The notes beneath the pieces were generated by a model. The model ran no database searches. It was not told the DNA's origin and saw only the letters and a list, made by a program, of their open reading frames with translations. Source: Octopus sinensis (Eukaryota). From it: 64,000 nucleotides of DNA. The stretch lies in assembly GCF_006345805.1 (NCBI RefSeq), contig NC_042997.1, positions 181,722,001 to 181,786,000 of the forward strand, in the 5' to 3' direction. Of this stretch, positions 1 to 12,899 are shown piece after piece. Each line of letters begins with the position of its first letter. Positions within the stretch are counted from its first letter, which is position 1. Position numbers and translations under genes: made by a program.

Positions 1-1095
1 AACAAATACAATTTGGGCTATCAATAGCATATTTAGCCAATATTTTTATAAAATGGAATGAATCCGATTTATCTTTGCAAGGGAAAGAAGTAACTGCTTT
101 TCAGTCCAAAGATAAGATGTTAACGTTATCACGTAAATTGCAATACTGGGTCTCAGCTGCGAAATAAAATACTTTGACAAATTTCAAATATTTAGCGACT
201 TCCGACAAGAATCTGAACTGGATTTAGATTTTAAAATCCGCTATGATATTACAAATCCCCTCTTAGAATCACGAACTGAATATTTAACAAATCTGAAGAA
301 CCAAGATAACTATTGGATAGAAAGAAAATCCATTCAAATTCAAAGGAGAACTATCAGAATTTCTGGTAGTGGGTTATAAAAATTCGATGTAAGTTTATTC
401 ATATCCTCAGTAAAAAATAAAAAAGTTCCGGTAGCAATTTTCTGGTGCCATATATTTGACGAATATCTAGAACTATCAAAACTGGCTACTTGAGTTTTCT
501 TACCAGTGTGTAAAAATGGCTTTTCGAAATATTAGCAGAAATATAAACCGGAAGCTGTTTCACTCATACCGATTGAAAAAGCAATATTAAATCAAAGTAA
601 GGTGGCGGACCGGCAGAATCGTACGTACTCCGGGCGAAATGCATATCGTCCATAGTTAGCTTCTTAGTTTAAATTCCACCGAGATCGACATTACCTTTTA
701 TCCTTTCGAGGTCGATAAAATAAGTGCCAGTTGAAGACTGAAGTCGATGTGACGAACTTACCCACTTCCCCGAAATTGCTGGCCTTGTGCCAAAATTTGA
801 AACCAATAATAAATCAAAGTTTTAGAGGAGACCAGAATCCCAAATGATATAACTTTCTTTACATTAATACATATTTAATATTATCTATTTCATACCTATT
901 ACATTCTATTTACAAATGAAAACATGTTTTAAAATTTTATTTTAGTGTCTCTTCATACAAGTAAATTTTACCTTTGAATTTTAATTATTTATTCATTAAA
1001 CGTCTTAAGGTAGCAAGGTTTATTTGCAAAATGTTGTAATTGTTTTAGTGAAAAATCGTATATGCGGGACAAAAGTTTGAGTTTGATAACCACTG
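1..1095 (+). mobile_element. Decayed hAT (Charlie/Buster-like) DNA transposon, 3' part
   Basis: Manual translation gives IAYLANIFIKWNESDLSLQGKEVTAFQSKDK..RKLQYW and FWCHIFDEYLELSKLA*VFLP..CKNGFS (hAT C-terminal/dimerisation-like), with stops and frameshifts. Ends in TIR-like gtttgataaccactg (1081-1095) followed by ctctggat, resembling the NTCTAGAN target. Confidence 0.75.
599..803 (+). mobile_element. tRNA-derived SINE family A, monomer inserted in the hAT
   Basis: Family A head and core (cctttcatcctttcg.ggtcgataaa..aagt.ccag); near-perfect 17-bp TSD caata(t/a)taaatcaaagt at 582-598 and 804-820. Confidence 0.8.
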
Positions 1096-1142
1096 CTCTG
1101 GATAACCTCAATGAACTCATGGTCGTTAATCATATATATATA

Positions 1143-1527
1143 TTAGCTTATTAGCCGCCCCAGAGGGCGACTTATAAGCTAGCTCATGTGGAGGGCTCTT
1201 CACTGGGCCTTGGGCCCGGCAATGACACTTTTAAATTTTATTAAACTTGAACAATATTTTTCAAGCAATGAACAATTTTCATCAAAGCAATGATATAATT
1301 TGTCGACTTGGAATTTATTGCAAAGCTGTATGATAAACTTTTCTTGTGTTACCATTCGGGCTCAGTACAAATAGTTTGTTTCCATTTCCTACCCTTGAAC
1401 AAGAAACATATATCTGGCCGTAGGCAAAAATAAACATATCTTTTAAAAGTTCATCGATAATTCTTCTGCCGCCACTTAATTTAAAGACAGTTTGATGTAT
1501 GTAGGGTCTTCCTTTTCGTACAGACAA
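1143..1527 (-). mobile_element. Helitron 3' remnant (RepHel helicase C-terminus plus terminal hairpin)
   Basis: ORF 1315..1527 contains FAYGQIYVSCSRV..KLFVLSPNGNTRKVY..ALQ (Pif1-like HGQLYVAxSRV motif). Downstream GC hairpin gtcgccc-tctg-gggcggc then CTAA|T. 5' boundary not resolved. Confidence 0.75.
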
Positions 1528-2146
1528 TTATTTGTAGTAGCTGCTACGTATCTAAACTCCTGTTTGTAGTTTGAAGGAAAATTACACTACTGTTACTAAA
1601 CACTATTTTAAAGTGCGATTTTTATGGTTTGAAATTTCACTAAACGTATTTGACCATCAAGACGTTTGAAATTTAGTAGCTTTAGTATTTATTAAGGTAA
1701 TAATAAAATTGGTCGATTCTATTTTCATGCAGTCGGAGTGCACTAAGTTTCGATAGCTCCGACGACCGACGGCATGAAAATAGGTCCGACAAGTTTTATT
1801 GATATCCGAAAAATTAATAAGCTTCCAACATTTTTATGATAGTGAGTTATGAGAGGTAATATTGTATGAGGGAATGAGTTCAATACGTATTTCAGTTCCG
1901 AACGTTACGAAGCCCGTGTTATAGTTAAATTACTTGATACGGTTATAATATTTAGAGAAAGATTTTTTTTAAATGTCTATTTGGGAAATTACTTTTGGAA
2001 ACAGTTATAGTATTTAGGGAAATATATATATACTTCAAAGTACAAGTGAGGATATAAACCTCGAAGAGCTAAAATTATCCAAGATTAGACTGGTTGAATA
2101 CCTAACAATATAGGTAGATATATATTATTATTAATATTATAAAAAA

Positions 2147-3206
2147 CAAGAGAGAAAATGGAGATAGGATTAATAAAAGTTTATTAATACATTGACAAGA
2201 CCAGATCTACAATTATTTCAGTTTTTCATTTTTAATTTAACTAAATCGATTTGGTTAATTACTACAAGCGAGAAAGGATGTACAAAGAAATTTATCATAT
2301 TTAAAACATAATGAAAACATTAAACAGGAAAAATAGAGTGCACCATCAAAGTTTAAAATATATACAGTTATAAAAATAAATACAGTTACAAAAGAATAGT
2401 TATAGTCATAAATTAATACAAATAATGATAATGATAATGTAGACATACCTATGAAAAAATACGAATAATGGTGATATGTAAAAATAACAATAGACTGGTT
2501 ATTAAGTTATGGGAGTACAGAAGAGAAATAATTAGGTATTCCATATATACACACATGCACTTATACATATACACACACACTCATACACACACACACATAC
2601 ACACACATACACACAGATATAAGGCTAAGTATGGTTAGTTTCCTAAATTAATTAAAGTAATTAAAATTATCAATTAACAGGAAGATAAAGGGAGAACATA
2701 TGACGATTTAAAGTGATACTATAATGCTAAGGGAAAATAGAAAATTGAAGAAACTATGCTTAAATGAGCTTAGATAGACAGATTGAGGTAGAAGAAGAGA
2801 AAAGCTAGATGCAGAGGAATAGAGGCAAACACAACAAAAATATTTGGTAAATTATTAAGCGATGTTTAGAATAAATAAAAATAAGAAAGAAGATAATGAA
2901 TGAAACTATTATTATATGTACCATTTAATTGTTAACTATACAAATCTATACTAATTATCCTGCAAATACATGTACACACACACTTATATTCGTATATATA
3001 AAAATACACATACGTACGGATACGGACACATATATGCATACTTGTACATACACATAAATATACATATGCACAGACACATACTTACACATATACTGAACAT
3101 AGATGAAGAAACACAAATTGAGAAAAGTTATACGGATCATAAATTAAGTTATTAAATCTATTTAAAATTGGTTGAACAAATAGTTATGTATATGCCCACC
3201 CAAACA

Positions 3207-3245
<39 letters not shown>

Positions 3246-3356
3246 TATATATATACCTGAATACATGCTGGAAATGATGAATTGAAACAATTGTAGGCTT
3301 GGTCTTGTCAATCTATTAATAAACTTTTATTAATTCTACCTCCATCTTGTCTCTTG
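2147..3356. repeat. Imperfect 74-bp inverted repeat pair (2147-2220 / 3283-3356), PLE pseudo-LTR-like
   Basis: Arms are reverse complements; right arm begins GAAA-CAATTG-TA, the 3' half of a minimal HHR. Confidence 0.65.
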
Positions 3357-3363
3357 GTTTACA

Positions 3364-3567
3364 TATATTGGAAATTTATAGAAAAACAAGAGACGAAAGC
3401 AGGTGTATGAACAACGAGCACGTGTATTAGTTTGAGACTCGGGAAAATGAAAAAGACTTTTACGTTTCGAGCCTGCGCTCTTCAACAAAAAAGGAATAAG
3501 AGAAAATAAAGAGAGATTATGAAAAAAAAAAAGCTTGTAGATTTCAGCGGTCCAGCATGGCGAATCT
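3364..3567 (-). mobile_element. ~200-bp HHR-bearing mini-element, copy 1 (HHR-like motif 3457-3493)
   Basis: Minus strand: ctttt-TTGTTGA-a-gagc-gcag-gctc-GAAA-cg-TA-aaag. Homologous end to end with 57352-57543 and 59319-59516. Confidence 0.7.
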
Positions 3568-3580
3568 ACATGCATAGATT

Positions 3581-3678
3581 TGAGTGAAACAGCTTCCGGT
3601 TGATTTTTCTGCTAATATTTCGAAAAGCCATATTTACACATTGGTAAGAAAACTCAAATAGCTGGTTTTGATAATTCC

Positions 3679-3683
<5 letters not shown>
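3581..3683 (-). repeat. Inverted 103-bp copy of hAT segment 464-566
   Basis: Reverse-complement match with scattered substitutions. Confidence 0.85.
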
Positions 3684-3730
<47 letters not shown>

Positions 3731-3775
3731 TCATAAGCATACATCTACATATATGTGTGTGTATATGTATGTATA

Positions 3776-3870
<95 letters not shown>

Positions 3871-5451
3871 TATATTTAAGCACATATGACACCCATCCAC
3901 ATAGAAAACCTACACACCACACCTACACTTACATCAACACACATAAATGCGATGTTAACAAATTCTTGCTGCAATCAATGTCATACTTAAAACATTAGTT
4001 TTCAATGTAGCTAATATTTTCAGTGAAAAGAGGATATGAAGTAGAGAAAACAAACAAAAGCAAAGACAGCAAAAAGGAATAAATATACGAACAAACAAAC
4101 ATGAAAATAAATAAATCAGTTTCAAAAAAACTGGATACAAAATGCTTCTATAGATTTGATAGATTAAAAGCTCTGACTCTGACAGTTTTCCTCATTTTCC
4201 AGGATCTCTTTGACAAAAGCGAAGCTCTAAAAACGAGAAAATAATTTGGTCGATAAACTGAAAGCTGTAATATGTCTTAGTCAGTCGGTGTCAAAACTTT
4301 GTAATTACAACAACAGAAATAGAGGAGATATTTCAGCGTATATCTTCTTGTAAGAAGACGCTTCCAGGAAAGTGCAGTAACAATTATATGTTGCTGTGGC
4401 ACTTCCACCAGTGTTTGTCGTACAGAATAAGATAGATTCAGTTTATCTTTACTGGCAGACATTTTGTATTGCGCAATATGATTGCATTTCGAACTGAGTA
4501 GGTAGAAGGCAACATTTTGTTTGTAGAGAAAAGGTATATTTGAATAAATAAAGTGTAGTGCATTATCCCAGTGCTGAAGAAATGCATTTGGTTAAGTCGA
4601 TCCCTACAATACATTGGAACTTGAACATAAAAAGGTGTAATTAAATACTGTAATAAAATAGTACAATAACATCTATATTGACGCACATGCACGCGTGTCT
4701 CCTCACACACATTGCGTATTTGTATTTAAGCAGATAAATAGTGTTGACAAGAAACGACATTGGAAATGTAGGTGGCTCAAGTTTGTATCGCAGCATGGGT
4801 AGGACGTTAAAGCAAGGCCGATCAAAGGTGACATGTGGTCAAAGGGTGTTCAAAGTGGATTTATTAATCCTAATTGTTCCTGACGATCAGAAGGTTAAAG
4901 AAATGTACTCAGCTAAGAATGCCGAGACAAAAGGCATGACATTTATGGTACAAAATAAGATACCTAGTTGCTACACAGGCGGTTGTAGGATTTACTGAAC
5001 GGACTTATACCTTGAAGTGCTAGAAAAACTAGGAAAGTAAACGAGACAAGTTTGTACTGATCGGCTGAGGTAGCAACAAGGGCAACAACCTCAGTTTCAA
5101 GAGTACGATCAGTCACAATTCCAGAAATGGCGGAGAAGATCACATCGTGCACAGTCCTATGAAGAAGCGAAGAACATACCCCGATTCTTAGCGTTAACAA
5201 CCAGTAGAACTACTTCGTCTTGTGATAAAGAGAAATGTTGGTGAAGTACAAATAATAGAAAAATATTTCTCGGAACTAAAATAGAAGATGTCGGTTGGTA
5301 TCTACTCGGGCCAACACAAGAAGCATTAACACGTGTATGATGGAAAGCCCCAAATGTTTTGCATGTTGTATTTTCCGCTTAATTATATCTTGTTTTTAAT
5401 TTTGTGTATTTTATAATTTTCATTTAATTATGGGTATTTACCTTTTATCTT

Positions 5452-5700
5452 TTTACTTGTTTCAAATCATTAAACTGCAGCCTTGATGAATTTTTTTTGT
5501 CGAAGGAATCGAACCCAGTTCTTTCAATCATTAAGCCTGGCACTTATTGTATCGGCCTCTTCTTCTGAATCGCTAGGTTATGGGGACATAAATAAACCAA
5601 CACTAGATGTCAGGTTGCGGTGGATGACAAACACATATACAAAGACACACACGCACTCACGCACACACATACACACACACAATCACTCACTCACATACAC
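5452..5700 (-). mobile_element. Decayed 3' part of SINE family B
   Basis: ttttacttgtttca..catt..actgc.gcc.tg terminus and body similar to 14274-14692. Confidence 0.55.
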
Positions 5701-7309
5701 ACACATATACTATAGTTACTCATTTTAAAGGTATAACATCCTCTCCTCGTCTTTATATAGCTTTTTCTTTGTCCTACCAGCCGTTTTTCTATGTACTCTA
5801 TTTAAAGTTCATGCTATTTTTTTGTAACTTTTAGGGTTTTGGTTACAAAAGAAAAGATATTATTACTGCTGTTGCTTTTGTTGCTGTTTTCGTTTCCAAG
5901 CTACTCTGATCGTATCGATGCTGAAATTCTTTACTTTGTAATTAAGACATTCTCAGGAGAAAAGAGGTTTTAAAACTCTTAATGTCTCTTCTAATTAGGG
6001 TAATGACAACTACATTTTTCTGTCGTCTGCAGACAGAGGAGAAATATTTTTGTTAAAAAATGTCAACAAACTTGACGTTTGAAGAACGTTATTAACAACA
6101 TCAACATCAACTATGGCGACAACGAATGCAAACAACACCAGCAGTAACACGTTCAGCAACAGTGACAATAACAACGATAATAATATAACAAAACCGAAGG
6201 TAGAATAGCAAAAGTTTGAACGCTGTAGACGAAGATAGAAGAGGAAGACACACGCACCACCGCCAACCCTATTACCGCCACCACTCACAACATTAGCAGC
6301 GTGACATGCGAAGCTAGCTGGTAGTGATACCAAATACAGACGGTTCGCCAACGTATCTAGTACGAGCATACACGTTTCGTTCACAAACGCCGGTCTGATT
6401 TATACACGAACCTATGATAAGGAAGCCTTGCATTCAGAGAAGACATCAAAACATGGATCACAGCTCCGATGCACTTGCGCTGCCGGTAACGGTGGAGCGA
6501 AAGCAGAGGAATTCTATAGTCAATCGTAAAACTAGTATAGTAGACACCATGGTATATGGGTCAACATGTATCCAATGTAACAGTAGTTGGTGCTTTAATC
6601 CATTTAAACATAGCTTAGTACACTGGGAAGATCTTGGTATATAATGAGGAGTCTATCAAAATCAAATCGACCAACCGCCAGATTTGTCGAAGGTTTGCAT
6701 GTTTTGTAAAAGTTGCTTACCTTTGTGTCTCTTTATAGTCTTCGATCGCACTCCCCTAACAAAAAGAGATTAGATGAGAGTTGTGATGGAATGCAGGAGG
6801 CTCTGGTAATACTCGTGTTGTAGCACCAACACAAAGCTAACGCTACAACCGCCATCACCACCGTCGCAGGGTATCACCATAACCATTGCCTTAACCGCCA
6901 TTGTCACAACCACCATTGCCACCACTGTGCGTTACACTGTTGAAAACGAGTTGTTTCATATCCCCCAAAGTTTCTAAATTCTTATGACGTAAACAACATA
7001 TATTCTCGCTGGCACGAACAAAGCTTCTAAAGTGGATGGAATAAAATTCGGAGAGGTTCTTTGGTGTAATGGCAGAACGCTTGCTATATTACGGTTTTTA
7101 ACCCAATATTCCACACGCTATTATTTATGGTCTTATCTACCTTATGTTCCACCGTTAAAAATAGTTTATATGGTACTAATAATAATCACCCTGAAAGTTC
7201 CTCCCATGTAGACGCACAGAGCTTAAAAGCATACATATATCTTAGCAGGCAAAATGGGTACCGAAACTACCAGATCACGGGTTTAGAGCATACCATATGC
7301 TGAAACTAA

Positions 7310-7480
7310 GATGTTAGTCGATTACCGCGACCCCATTGGTCAGATGGTACTTATTTCATCGACCCCCACAAAAAATGATAAACAAAATCGACCGCGGTAG
7401 AATTTGAACTCCGTAAGTAAAGACGGGAGAACTGCCGTTAAGTATTCCGCCTAGAGAGCACACGATTCAGCTAAGCTTGC
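7310..7480 (-). mobile_element. Decayed SINE family A
   Basis: gtcgatta..cgacccc..ggtacttattt.atcgacccc..gaatttgaactc motifs. Confidence 0.6.
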
Positions 7481-7909
7481 CGATTTTCAGTAAATAGTAA
7501 TAATAACAGCAATAACATGAATATAATAGAAAATGTGAATCAGTATTCTGTATGGTACTTCTATTTCATTTGCACTCTTTCACCATCTATTGTATTAAGT
7601 ACAAGTCGTTCGCAGTGTTTTATCATCTATAATATCAAATGAATCGAAGAAGACATTGCTACGAGAAAACAATAGATAAGTCAGTTTTAATATATTTCTT
7701 TGAGTATATTATAAAATTTTTGAACAATTCAATTTATCTATGCCTACCCATGTGCAGTCTTGACATTTACATAATAGTGATTTTGTTATAACTATTTCGC
7801 TAACTATAATGAAAGTCATCGTTGCTGAAACACGCCCTTTGTTTATAATTGTACTCCCTCTAGTACTTGGCGAACAAACGAAAATAGCATTAGTCATTAA
7901 TTAATATTG

Positions 7910-8681
7910 CTTTCAAATTTTGGCACAAGGCCAGCAATTTCGAGGGAAGGGTAAATCGATTTCATCGACCCCAGTGCTCAACTCTTACTTATTTTATCGA
8001 CCTCAAAAAGATGAAAGGCAAAGTCGACCTCGGTCGAATTTGAACTCAGAAAGTAAAGACGAACGAAATGCCGCTACGTATTTTGCCCAGTGTGCTAACG
8101 ATTCTTTTCTACTCTAGGCACATGGCCCGAAATTTTGGGGGAGGGGGCTAGCCGCTTAGAGCGAACTCAGTACACAACTGATACTTAATTAATCGACCCC
8201 GAAAGGATGAAAGGCAAAATCAACCTCGGCGGAATTTGAACTCAGAACGTATAGACAGGGGTAATACCTATTTCTTTACTACCTACAAGGAGGTAAACAC
8301 AGAGGGGACAAACAAAGACAGACAAACGGATTAAGTCGATTATATCGACCCCAGTGCGTAACTGGACTTATTTAATCGACTCCGAAAGGATGAAAGGCAA
8401 AGTCGACCTAGCCAGAATTTGAACTCAGAACGTAACGGCAGGCGAAATACCTATTTCTTTACTACCCACAAGTGGCTAAACACAGAGAGGACAAACAAGG
8501 ACAGAAAACGGATTAAGTCGATTATATCGACCCCAGTGCGTAACTGGTACTCATTTAATCGACCCCGAAAGGATGAAAGGCAAAGTCGACCTCGGCGGAA
8601 TTTGAACTCAGAACGTAACGGCAGACGAAATACGGCTACGCATTTCGCCCGGCGTGCTAACGTTTCTGCTAGCTCGCCACT
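7910..8681 (-). mobile_element. SINE family A heteromultimer (about 4 cores)
   Basis: Tandem ~177-bp units; whole array bounded by one 20-bp TSD ttagtcattaattaatattg (7890-7909, 8682-8701). Confidence 0.9.
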
Positions 8682-9607
8682 TTAGTCATTAATTAATATT
8701 GATTTTAGTTTTCTCACTACATATTTATTACTAGTAAGCGTCTTCCTTTTTAACATTCCATATATTATATATAAGACTTAGCTTAACTTTTCACTTCAGC
8801 CTTGGACGTCTATAGACTGCGTAGAAGTATAAATTAAACATATTAGTCACATAGCTTTAGTCACGTTTATTTCGATGCGAAAGTAAAAGTTCCATGCAAA
8901 AGTATTTACTTACATTTATAGAATTTGGTTATAGCCACATCAATTTTGCAAATTACGAATTACAAATCGCAAATAACAACTGATGTTTAAATTTTCATAC
9001 CCAATCAACTCATGACAATGAAGAAAAATAGATATACAATAGGAAATAGGATGAATAGCTAAACTGATGCATATTGATTTGTTCATTGTTAGTAGGAAAA
9101 TATCGTGCAACAAAAGCGTGTTCCTCAACAATTGTTGTTTTCGATATCCTACCAATAATCTGACTCGCAAGTACATTTGTTAATATCTGGGGAAGATTAC
9201 ATGTATCTACGCTATTTGTTCGCATCCATAGAAAATTGCTTCATTACAAATATCTTTTGCTTGGATTCGCAGACACTGGTTGTTGTTGTTAAAGCGTTCT
9301 GTACTGGTCATCGTGAGAAAATATTATAGTTAGATGCGTGTTTATCAGAACTAATAATACACGACTATCCTCTCCCTCGCCCCCCCTCTCTCTATTACAT
9401 TCTGTCTATTCTATTTTTCTGCATAAATATAAGTGTGAATATATGTATATGTTTATATATAATGCGTATTATACATACATACGTACATACATACATACAT
9501 ACATACATACATACTACATACATACATACATATATAGAATATATATATATAAATGCACGCATAAGTATGTATGCATGTATGTATGTATGTATGTATGTAT
9601 ATATGCA

Positions 9608-9675
<68 letters not shown>

Positions 9676-9676
<1 letters not shown>

Positions 9677-10340
9677 CCTTCCAGTCGAGAGATTCCCACA
9701 CTATTATCCTTCTCTTCTCCACTTTTGCCCGACCCCACCTTGAATACTGCTGTCCACTGTGGTCTCACTACACAAAACAAAATATTATGAGAATTGAAGC
9801 TCCCCAAAGGTCAATCACAAAAAAGATAGATGGCATGTCAGACCTTGACTACTGGGGTAGACTAGAGAAGCTGAAACTGTATTCACTCCAACGACGCCGT
9901 GAACGCTACATTATCTGTATGATGTGGAAAATATTCCATCAGCACTGTCCGAATGATGTTGGCATCACCTTCAAAATACATCCAAGGCTTGGACCACGTG
10001 CCATCCGTCCACAACAAAAATCTAAATCGCATCACATAACGACAATACGGCACAACTATTTCACCTCAATTGGACCCGCTCTCTTCAACATTACACCAGG
10101 ACACATCAAAAAAGAAACTGACCACACAAAATTCAAGAAGTCTTTGGACAAATTCCTTCAAACAGACCCGGACAAACCACCCACACCCGGATATGTCTCC
10201 GCAAACAATAACTCTCTGCTCGAATGGGCCTTGGTGCCCAAATCCTAAATTGAAAGACTTCGCCAGGTGGTGCTATTAAGTTAGACATGGCCTGGGCCAA
10301 TACTGGCCAAAACCTTTCTAAGTTATTCTAAGTTAAGTTA
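9676..10340 (+). mobile_element. 5'-truncated CR1-group LINE (ORF2 C-terminus plus 3' UTR) within (TA)n
   Basis: [45 protein letters not shown] motifs; short (ctaagtt)-type tail. Confidence 0.85.
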
Positions 10341-10349
10341 TATTATATA

Positions 10350-10419
<70 letters not shown>

Positions 10420-10425
10420 TATATA

Positions 10426-10940
10426 TAGTTATCGCCATACTAATATGGCATTCTTATAAAAATAAGAATAAAGCTGTCCGCTTATTAGCTCCATGAGGCC
10501 ATCGCCTTAAGTTAGCTATTTGATACACAAACTGTATCCATATAACCTTCGAACAAGGGAGGTCAATCGCTCCACACTACTTGATCGACAGCTACAGACG
10601 CGTTTCGGGGTATTGCCCCTTGTCAATGTAGCGTAGTCAGACCAGTAGGTGTCGCTTCCGACTATCTCTGTTCGAAGGTTTTATTTACCTAGTTTCGGTG
10701 GAATACATCCACTTGTTTTCAATAATAGAAATATTAAAATTACTAAGTCTCTCTAAAAGGTTATATGGATACAGTTTGTGTATCAAATAGCTAACTTAAG
10801 GCGATGGCCTCATGGAGCTAATAAGCGGACAGCTTTATTCTTATTTTTATAAGAATGCCATATTAGTATGGCGATAACTATTAATTTCCAGGAACGCTGC
10901 CGTGTTCTCTTTTAGAGAGACTTAGTAATTTTAATATTTC

Positions 10941-10945
<5 letters not shown>
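10426..10945. mobile_element. Non-coding PLE-like element with interleaved inverted repeats, embedded in (TA)n
   Basis: 124-bp IR 10426-10549/10757-10880; 37-bp IR 10723-10759/10909-10945; 12-bp IR 10544-10555/10669-10680; contains an HHR. Confidence 0.75.
10591..10632 (-). ncRNA. Minimal type-I hammerhead ribozyme, U3:A8 variant
   Basis: gctaca-TTGACAA-gggg-caata-cccc-GAAA-cgcg-TC-tgtagc: perfect 6-bp stem I, 4-bp stem II, GUC cleavage triplet. Confidence 0.75.
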
Positions 10946-11000
<55 letters not shown>

Positions 11001-11019
11001 TATATGTATTATATGTATA

Positions 11020-11072
<53 letters not shown>

Positions 11073-11251
11073 AACAATTATATATCCGCTGCATCGCAAA
11101 TCTGCAATGGGTCCATAACTACCACCTTGGCTATAACCTTGGAGCCCTAGTAATCCGTTACAGCACTTCTCTAGCGTACCTAATCGTTTAGATCACCTGA
11201 GAACTAAACCCCCATACCTTGTGCATGTATATATATATATATATATATTCG

Positions 11252-11441
11252 CGCTGGTGAGGCTGTGTGGTAAGAAGTTTATTTCCTAACCACAAGATTC
11301 CAGTTTCAGTTCCACTGCGTGCCAAGTGTTTTCTGCTTAGTACTCAGTCTGACCAAAGAAAGCTTTGTGAGTGGTTTTGGTAAAACGGAAACTGAAAGAA
11401 GCACGTTGTGTGTGAGTGTGTGTGTGGTGTGTGTGTGTGTA

Positions 11442-11474
<33 letters not shown>

Positions 11475-11730
11475 GAGACAGACAGACAGAGACAGACAGA
11501 GAGATAGAGAGTGAAAGAGAGTGCGTGTGTGTATGCATACATTTGTGTGTATGTGAGTGTGTGTGTGTATTTGTGTTCATCCCCAAAACGGTGTTACTTT
11601 GTTTATATCTCCATAACTTAGCAGTTCGGCAAAGATGTCCGATAGAATAAGTACCAGGTTTTAAAAAATAAATAAGTACTGGAGTCGATTTGTTCGACTA
11701 AACCGCAGTTCCATGACTCAAACAAGAAAA
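11252..11730 (+). mobile_element. SINE family B with expanded internal microsatellite
   Basis: tRNA-like head ggctgtgtggtaagaag..; gtaaaacggaaactgaaagaagc; internal (GT)n/(GA)n; 3' body like 14274-14692. Confidence 0.7.
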
Positions 11731-11732
11731 AA

Positions 11733-11778
<46 letters not shown>

Positions 11779-12468
11779 CCATATGTGCATATGTATATGC
11801 GCGAGTGTGCGTGTGTCCTATTTGCTGGGCTGCAAAAATATCAAATCAATGCTTCAGCTCTTCTCTTTATAACGCATTGACATAAGAACACAAATAAGAT
11901 ATGAGACAATAAGAACGTGAGCAAAAAAAAAAGTATATATATATATTTTTAAAAAATAGGTAAAAAAAAAAGCAACAGCAACTGATTAACTAATGATGAC
12001 ATCAAGTTGGCTAGAACATTTAATGACGACATTATAAAAAAGTAAAGAGGGAAAACAGCTGCTAGAAAATATGAAATTCAGATGTTGAAATGGATCACAA
12101 AGACCGGCTTTGAAATTTAAATTCAAAATAAAATCTGTTTATCAGATGTTTAAATGGCAAGAGATCAAATTTCAGTGGGGTTTAACGACATGTATTAAAA
12201 GATATTTCGTTGGATATGGTTAATCAGTTTATACTCGAAATACTTTGATTCTTATTCCTGTCTTGTTTGACGATTAAAGATAGAATGTCCTTAGGCTGAT
12301 TATAAGAGAGAAAGGAGAGGGAGAGAGGAAGGAAAAAAGAGACAGGATACGAGAGAGATATTATAAAGAGTGAGGTGGGGGGAAGTACGAGAGGATAGAG
12401 GGAAGGGGAGGGGAAGAAATGCAAAGGAGAGTTAGATGTGGAAGTGAGAGATAAAGATAAGGAAGTAA

Positions 12469-12882
12469 AAGGCGGCGAGCTGGCAGAAATGTTAGCACGC
12501 CGGGCGAAATGCGTAACCGTATTTCGTCTGCCGTTACGTTCTGAGTTCAAATTCCGCCGAGGTCGACTTTGCCTTTCATCCTTTCGGGGTCGATAAATTA
12601 AGTACCAGTTATGCACTGGGGTCGATGTAATCGACTTAATCCCTTTGTCTGGTCCTTGTTTGTCCCCTCTATGTTTAGCCCCTTGTGGGTAGTAAAGAAA
12701 TAGGTATTCCGTCTGTCTTTATGTTCTGAGTTCAAATTCCGCCGAGGTAGACTTTGCCTTTCATCCTTTCGGGGTCGATTAAATAAGTACCAGTTATGCA
12801 CTGGGGTCGATGTAATCGACTTAATCCGTTTGTCTGTCCTTGTTCGTCTCCTCTGTGTTTAGCCAGTGGGTAGTAAAGAAAC
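12469..12882 (+). mobile_element. SINE family A dimer
   Basis: One head plus two bodies; flanking direct repeat agataaagataag (12449-12461, 12883-12895). Confidence 0.9.
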
Positions 12883-12899
12883 AGATAAAGATAAGAACG

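Noticed and set aside
4741-5340. Possible gag/ORF1-like coding remnant
   Set aside because: Looks coding-like in composition, but I could not identify a motif with confidence.
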